From contig JAWOCD010000018.1 in the NCBI GenBank assembly GCA_046483985.1, forward strand, positions 1-12,806: DNA of 12,806 bases, in the 5' to 3' direction. The notes under the pieces were generated by a model that worked only from the letters and a program-made list of their open reading frames with translations, made no database searches and was not told the origin of the DNA. This document shows positions 6,893-12,806 of the stretch, one piece after another (the first letter of the stretch is position 1; each line of letters opens with the position of its first letter). Both the position numbers and the translations under genes were made by a program. This stretch comes from Promethearchaeia archaeon (lineage in GTDB: Archaea; Asgardarchaeota; Lokiarchaeia; Sigyniarchaeales; SOKP01).

Positions 6893-8188
6893 ATGTCAAT
6901 AGAAAAGAGAAGTATTTATATTAAGAAGGGAACATTTATTTATTTATGTGATTATAATTTTATTATCAATAAAGAAATTGAGAAAGAATTTATAAAATAT
7001 AAGAGGTTTAGAAAAATTGAGGTTAGAGATATTATTATTTCTAGATCTAAACTATCAAGAGAAGTAAAAAAAATAAGACAGCTTCAATTTGAGGTAACAC
7101 AAAATTGTAATTTAAATTGTAAGTATTGTGTTTATGGAGAACATTATGATCGTCGTAAAAAAGCAAAAAAAGAACTGGAATATAAAACTGCGAAAGCAGC
7201 AATTGATTATGTTTTTAACATTATTTCCAAAAGATATAAAAAAGAATTTGATATAAGTTTCTACGGAGGAGAACCTTTATTAAATTTTGAAACAATAGAA
7301 AAGATTGTGGAATATGCAAAAAATAAATTTATAAATTGGAAAATTAATTTTCATATAACAACTAATGGAACTCTATTAGATAAAAAGAAAATAAATTTTT
7401 TTATAAAAAATAATTTTCATGTTTTAATAAGTTTAGATGGTCCTAAAGAAATACATGATGAAAAGAGAATTTATGCACATGGGAAAGGATCTTTCAGAAA
7501 AATTATGTTAAATTTGAATGAACTTAGAGATACAAACGAAAATTTTTATAACAAAAATATATCTTTTTCTTCCGTTTGGTCTTTTGATTTATCTTTAAAA
7601 AAAATATATGACTTCTATACTAAAGAAGAATTAGTTAAATACAATGAAATACTTTTATCACCACTAGATCCTGGAACAAAAAGTTATTTTAAGGAGTATA
7701 CCTTTGATAAAGAGAAAAAAATGAAAGAATTTTCTAATATTATAAATTTAATTGAGAACAAAAAAAAGAAAAAGATTAAAATAAATACTTTCGAATATAA
7801 TATTTTAGGAATTCATAACTCTATAGAGAATATGTTATTTAAGCGATTTTTTACTACTTTATATGGAACTTGTTTATTTAACCTTAAAGTTTTTTTGGAT
7901 GTTGATGGATTCTTTCATATATGTCATATGGTTGAAGAATCATGGCCTATTGGAGATGCATGGAATGGATTGAACTTCAATAAAATGAAAGAATTGTCTG
8001 ATAAGTTTATTTATTTAAACAAAGTATATTGCAACAATTGTAAATATAAATTTCTTTGTCGTAGATGTTTTGCACAATCTATAAAAAAAGGAAAAATCAA
8101 TATAAAGAATTTTTCTTGTGAAAATAGGAAGAAGTCAATACAAGAACAATTAGAAAGATATGTTAATTATAAAATAAAATACAAATGA
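6893..8188 (+). CDS. Radical SAM/SPASM peptide maturase
   Basis: CNLNCKYC (CxxxCxxC), 'FYGGEPLL', 'TTNGTLL', 'ISLDGP...HD..R', and SPASM cysteines (GTC...DG.FHIC...CNNC.....CRRC...C). Confidence 0.93.
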   Translation: MSIEKRSIYIKKGTFIYLCDYNFIINKEIEKEFIKYKRFRKIEVRDIIISRSKLSREVKKIRQLQFEVTQNCNLNCKYCVYGEHYDRRKKAKKELEYKTAKAAIDYVFNIISKRYKKEFDISFYGGEPLLNFETIEKIVEYAKNKFINWKINFHITTNGTLLDKKKINFFIKNNFHVLISLDGPKEIHDEKRIYAHGKGSFRKIMLNLNELRDTNENFYNKNISFSSVWSFDLSLKKIYDFYTKEELVKYNEILLSPLDPGTKSYFKEYTFDKEKKMKEFSNIINLIENKKKKKIKINTFEYNILGIHNSIENMLFKRFFTTLYGTCLFNLKVFLDVDGFFHICHMVEESWPIGDAWNGLNFNKMKELSDKFIYLNKVYCNNCKYKFLCRRCFAQSIKKGKINIKNFSCENRKKSIQEQLERYVNYKIKYK

Positions 8189-8201
8189 TAGAATTGGAAT
8201 A

Positions 8202-9011
8202 ATGACTGAATACTTCCATCAATTTGTTAGGATAGAACAGGGTGTAGTTAACTCAATAATAATAGATTTTTTGCATAATAAACTATTTCATATAGATAAT
8301 GTAACTATTAAAAAATTTTACAATAATAAGTATAATAGTATTCAAGACTTTGTAAATAGAGCAAGAGAAGAAAAATTGCTTATTAAGATAAAAGAAAGAA
8401 CTTGGATTCCGTATTTCAATTTTAAAAAAGAAAAACAAATGGAAAACAATATTAATTATCTTACGTTAGAAGTCGATGAAGGAGTTAATTTAGAGATTAT
8501 AAAAAGGAAAATTAACTATATCTCAAATGCTTATATTTCTAGAATAATAACATATGGTAAAAACAAAAAAATAAATGCTAAAAAAATTTTGATTAAAGGA
8601 AATATTATAAAACAAATATATAAGAAAAAAAATTTCAAAGATTGTGTTAATAAAAGTGAAGTCAAGCCTTGGTTGACAAAAGAATTAAATGTATATAAAT
8701 ATCAATTTAATATGAGTTATAATAGTTGTTGGGGCAAGAAAATTGCGATCTCAAATGAAGGAAATGTAAGACCATGCATTTATAGTCATTTATCTTTAGG
8801 GAATTTCTATAACCAACCAACTGAAGAGGTAATTGAAAGATTAACTAAATATTGGAATATAACAAAGGACAATATTGAAATATGTAAGGATTGTGAATTT
8901 AGATATTTATGTTTTAATTGTCCCGAATATAATTATATAAAAACGAATGATTTATATAAAAAAAATCCTTCTTGTAGTTATAATCCGTATTCTGGTAAAT
9001 GGATAAGTTAA
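8202..9011 (+). CDS. SPASM-domain protein lacking the SAM-cluster motif (pseudo-rSAM, grasp-with-SPASM-like partner)
   Basis: No CxxxCxxC. C-terminus 'NSCWGKKIAIS..G.VRPC...YWNITKD.IEICKDCEFRYLCFNC...CSYNPYSGKW'. N-terminal 'G...SIIIDF' segment could be an RRE. Starts 13 bp after the rSAM gene. Confidence 0.85.
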   Translation: MTEYFHQFVRIEQGVVNSIIIDFLHNKLFHIDNVTIKKFYNNKYNSIQDFVNRAREEKLLIKIKERTWIPYFNFKKEKQMENNINYLTLEVDEGVNLEIIKRKINYISNAYISRIITYGKNKKINAKKILIKGNIIKQIYKKKNFKDCVNKSEVKPWLTKELNVYKYQFNMSYNSCWGKKIAISNEGNVRPCIYSHLSLGNFYNQPTEEVIERLTKYWNITKDNIEICKDCEFRYLCFNCPEYNYIKTNDLYKKNPSCSYNPYSGKWIS

Positions 9012-9130
9012 TTGGATATATTTTTTTAACGAACTGCCCCCCAAAATTAGTACCACCTGGAGTGCTAAGATTTTCGTGTTATAATAGGCATTATCAGAGC
9101 GAAAGAGAAGCCCTTTTGAGGAGGCTGATG

Positions 9131-9439
9131 ATGTCCGGTAAATATGGGAAACGATACACTCCAAAATTTAAGTTTCAAGTCGTCATGGAAGTCATTAAGA
9201 GTTCAAAAACGGTCGCCCAGATTGCTCGGGGCTATGGTGTGCATCCGATTACGATCCATAAGTGGAAAAAGGAGTTTGAAGAGAAAGGCCCCGAGATATT
9301 CGGAGAGAAAACAACCATTCATGAATATGAGAGGAAGATCCGGGAACTTGAACAACTGATCGGACATAAGGAGGTGGAGATCGCTCTTTTAAAAAATTTT
9401 TTAACCGGAGACTCAGAAGAGAGGAAAAAATCGAGTTAG
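9131..9439 (+). CDS. IS3-family OrfA (HTH)
   Basis: 'KRYTPKFKFQVV...TVAQIARGYGVHPITIHKWKK' followed by a leucine-zipper-like segment. RBS GAGGAGG at 9118-9124 puts the start at 9128 or 9131, not 8999. Confidence 0.88.
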   Translation: MSGKYGKRYTPKFKFQVVMEVIKSSKTVAQIARGYGVHPITIHKWKKEFEEKGPEIFGEKTTIHEYERKIRELEQLIGHKEVEIALLKNFLTGDSEERKKSS

Positions 9440-10308
9440 TTAAAAAGTTTAAGGATGAACACGGACTCAACAGAATGTTAAAGATTTTGAGCTTATCGAA
9501 AAGCAGCTGGTATTATGCTAAGAATAAAAAACCATATACAGACAAATACAGTAATTTGAGAAAGCCATTGATGGAGATTGCCAAAAAAAATCCGGAATAC
9601 GGATACAGGCGGACAACATCTGAACTTGCTGAAAGAGGTTTTCTTATCAATCATAAGGTCGTAGAAAAGCTTCATCGGCACTGGAATTTATCAGTTATGA
9701 AAAGAGTTAAAATTCCCAAACCGAATCCCATTGTTAAGCTTTTAAAGAAAGCTGGATCGAAAGTAAACTTAGTTTCCAGCCTCAGAGAGATTGATGACCT
9801 TGAAGTTTTCTATACAGATTTCACTGAGATTGTTTATTGTAAAGGGCAGGCTAAAGCTCAGCTGATGCCCATAATCGACCACAGCAGCAAACTTGCTGCC
9901 GGGCATGCTTTGGGTAAAAGTGCCAACACAGATCTGGCCATCAAAGCCTGGAAGAAAATGAAAGCAACACTGAAGAGGTTTGGCCGGAGAATTGAAGACA
10001 TTATTATTCATCATGATCAGGATGGTGTTTATACAGGATACAGATGGCTCAATGAGATTATGTTGAATTCTAAAGCGCGGCTATCTTATTCAGAAGATGG
10101 AGCTAAAGAAAATGCTTATATGGAATCATTCAATGGCAGGTTTAAAGTTGAGAACCGTTTGATTTTCTGGGAGCTGGATGATTTTGAAGAATTAGAAAAG
10201 GTTGTCAATAACCGAATCCGTTATTATAATTTTGTTCGGAAACATTCGGCGCTTGGTAATAAGTCGCCAATGAAATATTTAAAAGAAAAGGGCAAACTGG
10301 AACTCTGA
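9391..10308 (+). CDS. IS3-family OrfB DDE transposase, probably expressed as OrfAB by -1 frameshift
   Basis: 'YGYRR', 'TDFT', 'HHDQ', 'NAYMESFNG.FK.E', 'YYN..R.HSALG..SP'. The -1 frame is open from 9370, with slippery run TTTTAAAAAATTTTTT at 9387-9402. Confidence 0.9.
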   Translation, partial: KKFFNRRLRREEKIELVKKFKDEHGLNRMLKILSLSKSSWYYAKNKKPYTDKYSNLRKPLMEIAKKNPEYGYRRTTSELAERGFLINHKVVEKLHRHWNLSVMKRVKIPKPNPIVKLLKKAGSKVNLVSSLREIDDLEVFYTDFTEIVYCKGQAKAQLMPIIDHSSKLAAGHALGKSANTDLAIKAWKKMKATLKRFGRRIEDIIIHHDQDGVYTGYRWLNEIMLNSKARLSYSEDGAKENAYMESFNGRFKVENRLIFWELDDFEELEKVVNNRIRYYNFVRKHSALGNKSPMKYLKEKGKLEL

Positions 10309-10377
10309 AATGTTAGCGCAAATTAGCCCCATAAGTGGTACTAAAAATGGGGGGCATATCCTAATAATTTAAATTCA

Positions 10378-11535
10378 ATGTGTTTATTTGAAAAAAAATA
10401 TTTAGCTTTTATTCTTCTTATTGTCAACTTAATTTCAATAATGATGAATAATTGCCAAATGGAGGAACGCACTTTTACTATCGAATCTGTTAATGGTTAC
10501 AAGATCATTCATAACAAGAAACCTCTTTGGAAAGATAGACAAAAGATCACCTTGAAGTTAATCAGAAAAATAGGAGGAATCGAGACAGAAAAAGAAGAAT
10601 ATATTTTTCATAGAAATTTCGACATGGTTAAAGACAAAAATAGTAATAAATATATTTTATCTTGGGGGAAGTTTTTTATTCGGAAGTTTAATAAAGACTG
10701 GAATATTGTATTGAGATTTGGCAAAGAGGGACAGGGTCCAGGAGAGATTGAATGGCCCATGTGTTTATCAAGTGATTCTCAGGATAACATTTATATTTTT
10801 GACTCGAGAAGTGGAACAAGAGCCACAGTCTATTCACCGGATGGAGAGCATCTCAAAGACATCAAACTTCCCGGACGCTGCCAGAAGATGATCATTCTCA
10901 ATTCTGGTGATTATGTCTTGGATACTCTGGATCTCAACAAAGAAGTCAATCCTACTATTATGGCAGTCGTATCTAATGAGGGGAAAATAATAAAAAGATT
11001 CTGTGCGGCTAAGGATTATGGGATACCTTCTCTTACTTATAATGCCAACCAGGTTTATTTCACCAATGATAATAAAGATAACATCTATATTGCTTTTGAG
11101 AATCAAAACAGAATAGAAAAGTATTCCTCTTCAGGAGATTTGATATACAGGGTGGAACAACCTTTGGATTACTCAATAATCAATAAAATGACTTTACAGG
11201 GTGAACAGAGGTGGCCTGAACTTACGTATGTCAATATAGATATTAAAATAGATTCCAAGGAAAGGCTTTGGGTGACAACTTTTAAAGACTTACCTGAGAA
11301 AAGAGGATCAAGATCTCAAACACTTGAGAATCAAGATAATCTTGAATTTCGGATTTATAGTAAAGATGGAATATGGCTAGACCGAATACCAGTTCCTGTC
11401 CCTCATTTTAAAAAAAGAATCTATGGAAACCGTATTTATTTGATCGATCCTTATTTTGAGACATGTATTTATGAATATGAGATAATTGAAATATATATAG
11501 GAGAGAAAAAAGACAATACTTTCGCAAGACAATAA
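10378..11535 (+). CDS. Exported 6-bladed beta-propeller (NHL-like) protein
   Basis: Hydrophobic N-terminus ending in a Cys (possible lipoprotein), 'FGKEGQGPGE', and repeated 'D..DNIYI.D', 'YS.DG' and 'IDSK.RLWV' blade motifs. Its stop codon lies inside att repeat copy 2. Confidence 0.8.
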   Translation: MCLFEKKYLAFILLIVNLISIMMNNCQMEERTFTIESVNGYKIIHNKKPLWKDRQKITLKLIRKIGGIETEKEEYIFHRNFDMVKDKNSNKYILSWGKFFIRKFNKDWNIVLRFGKEGQGPGEIEWPMCLSSDSQDNIYIFDSRSGTRATVYSPDGEHLKDIKLPGRCQKMIILNSGDYVLDTLDLNKEVNPTIMAVVSNEGKIIKRFCAAKDYGIPSLTYNANQVYFTNDNKDNIYIAFENQNRIEKYSSSGDLIYRVEQPLDYSIINKMTLQGEQRWPELTYVNIDIKIDSKERLWVTTFKDLPEKRGSRSQTLENQDNLEFRIYSKDGIWLDRIPVPVPHFKKRIYGNRIYLIDPYFETCIYEYEIIEIYIGEKKDNTFARQ

Positions 11536-11687
11536 CGAAGAGGATGCTTAAGTTATTGAAATCAAGGGAAATGCCAGTGATATCAGCGACTTACCTTTGA
11601 TTTTCCTTTCAATCCTAATACCATAATTTCAGCAATTTTCAGTCGATTTTGTCACTTATTCGTCACATGGAGAGGAGTTTGGTTTGA
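11521..11687 (+). repeat. att-like 167-bp repeat, copy 2
   Basis: Begins with TTCGCAAGA; 89% identical to 5849-6015. Arm-type repeats here read TTTGTCAC and TTCGTCAC (11648-11655, 11659-11666). Confidence 0.9.
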
Positions 11688-11758
11688 GAAAAAGTAAGGT
11701 AAGGAGACTGAATTCAAGAGGCATGAAAATATGATTGGTTTGAATGAACAACCAATCT

Positions 11759-12176
11759 TGTCAACAAGCATGGAATAATGACTCTTTACAGGCGTTGAAA
11801 AATGACCCCTCTAAAAGAGAGAGGGATTAAATAATGAAACAAAACGAGCTATACTTACTCCCGATAACAACATTGGGAGGAGCAAAGATGGTAAAAAGGG
11901 ACATGTGGTATGAGATCCACAGTCGTTTCAAACGCAACGAATCGAAAAAGTCGATTGCCAGGACACTGGATCTGGATGTACGCACTGTGCGGAAGATTCT
12001 GTCTCAATCTGAACCGAAAAGATATCAGAGACAGACGAGCGGTGATACTCTGTTGACAGGCTATCAGGATTACATAAAAAAGCGTCTTGAAGCAGTTGGA
12101 TACTGCGCTCAATCGATCTATGAAGAGCTCAAGGAGAGAGGCTACAGCGGAGGTTATGACACTGTAAGAAGATTCA
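11759..12176 (+). mobile_element. IS21-family element, left end with truncated istA
   Basis: Starts TGTCAAC with internal repeats ggaataatgactct and tgaaaaatgacccct, typical of IS21 multi-repeat ends, followed by the IstA N-terminus. Confidence 0.8.
11888..12176 (+). pseudogene. istA: IstA transposase N-terminus, interrupted
   Basis: MVKRDMWYEIH...SKKSIARTLDLDVRTVRKIL...IYEELKERGYSGGYDTVRRF, with RBS GGGAGG. Similarity stops at 12177, where another IS21 end begins. Confidence 0.82.
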
Positions 12177-12806
12177 TGCATATTCCGGTTAATCTAGCCA
12201 CCGATTCTGGAGTTATCCGGTCACTAGTTAGAGCGAAGCGACGCTGTAGTTTCATTATATCACCTTGTGGCCGGAATGAGTCAATGGAGAACTACGTTTT
12301 CTCATAGATTCTCCTTTAAGTTCCAGCCTATATGCGTTATGAATGACTCTATCCATAATGGCATCCGAGAGAGTTGGATTTCCGAATCGTTCATGCCATT
12401 CTGAGATAGGGACTTGCGTGATTAGGATTGTGGATGAGAGTTTATATCTATCCTCCATGATTTCGAGAAGGTCAGTGGTCTGTGTTTCGGATAAAGGACT
12501 GCGAAGCCAGTCATCGAGGATGAGAAGATGGGTTTTTCTAAGCAGGTCCAGCACCTTGGGGTAGGACCCATCTGCATGGGACATTTTTAATTTTTCAAAC
12601 AAGCGGGCAAGTTGAAAGTAGCGGACTTTAAATCCATTCCGGCAGGCTGCATTTCCCAGGGCACAGGCAAGATAGGTTTTACCAGCGCCGGTTGGTCCGG
12701 TGATTATAGTATTGAGTTTTTCCTGGATCCATTCTCCTTCTGCCAGGTAAAGAACTTGACTGCGATCAAGCCCGCGCTTTTTTGAGATCTCGAGATCTTC
12801 CATAAC
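12177..12806 (-). mobile_element. Second IS21-family element (right end plus istB), inverted, continuing beyond the window
   Basis: End sequence TGCATATTCCGGTTAATCTAGCCACCGATTCTGG... at 12177, immediately downstream of the istB stop. Confidence 0.8.
12255..12806 (-). CDS. istB: IstB AAA+ ATPase helper, 5'-partial at the window edge
   Basis: Walker A GPTGAGKT, Walker B LLILDDW, 'LLEIMEDRY..SSTI' and 'DAIMDRVIHNAY...LKGESMRK'. Confidence 0.93.
   Translation of the reverse strand, partial: VMEDLEISKKRGLDRSQVLYLAEGEWIQEKLNTIITGPTGAGKTYLACALGNAACRNGFKVRYFQLARLFEKLKMSHADGSYPKVLDLLRKTHLLILDDWLRSPLSETQTTDLLEIMEDRYKLSSTILITQVPISEWHERFGNPTLSDAIMDRVIHNAYRLELKGESMRKRSSPLTHSGHKVI

Larger units (their letters stand above)
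9030..10361 (+). mobile_element. IS3-family insertion sequence, 1332 bp, apparently intact
   Basis: 27-bp imperfect terminal IRs (9030-9056 and 10335-10361, 21/27 matches, shared tgcccccca...ttagtaccac), 3-bp target duplication TAA (9027-9029, 10362-10364), and orfA/orfB in -1 register. Confidence 0.92.
5849..11527 (+). mobile_element. Putative integrase-less cassette/genomic island bounded by TTCGCAA cores, carrying a RiPP cluster
   Basis: Bounded by the two att-like repeats 5672 bp apart. Visibly much more AT-rich than 1-2443. No recombinase ORF inside. Confidence 0.65.

Noticed and set aside
8999-9127. N-terminal extension of the OrfA ORF (and the C-terminal tail of ORF 11834-12307)
   Set aside because: These extensions cross IS boundaries and are read-through artefacts.

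Overview
The window runs from ordinary chromosome into an accessory hotspot. Left (1-2443, minus strand): an M64-family metallopeptidase and an MscS channel. Middle (2615-5782): a ~3.1 kb islet between 51-bp direct repeats, holding an AbiE-like type IV toxin-antitoxin pair, IS91-family fragments with a duplicated ori end, and a TPR pseudogene. At 5818-5855 a tRNA-Ala(CGC) 5' half stops exactly at the end of its anticodon loop (TTCGCAA). That heptamer starts a 167-bp att-like sequence that recurs 5672 bp later (11521-11687, 149/167 identical by hand, no gaps). Between the two copies lies a very AT-rich, integrase-free cassette that looks like a RiPP cluster: an uncalled 57-aa CxxxCxxxC precursor (6376-6549), a radical SAM/SPASM maturase, a SPASM-only partner and a 6-bladed beta-propeller protein, interrupted by an intact IS3-family element. 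After the second repeat, one IS21 element is truncated by a second, inverted IS21. All family calls come from motifs read by eye; no database search was run.
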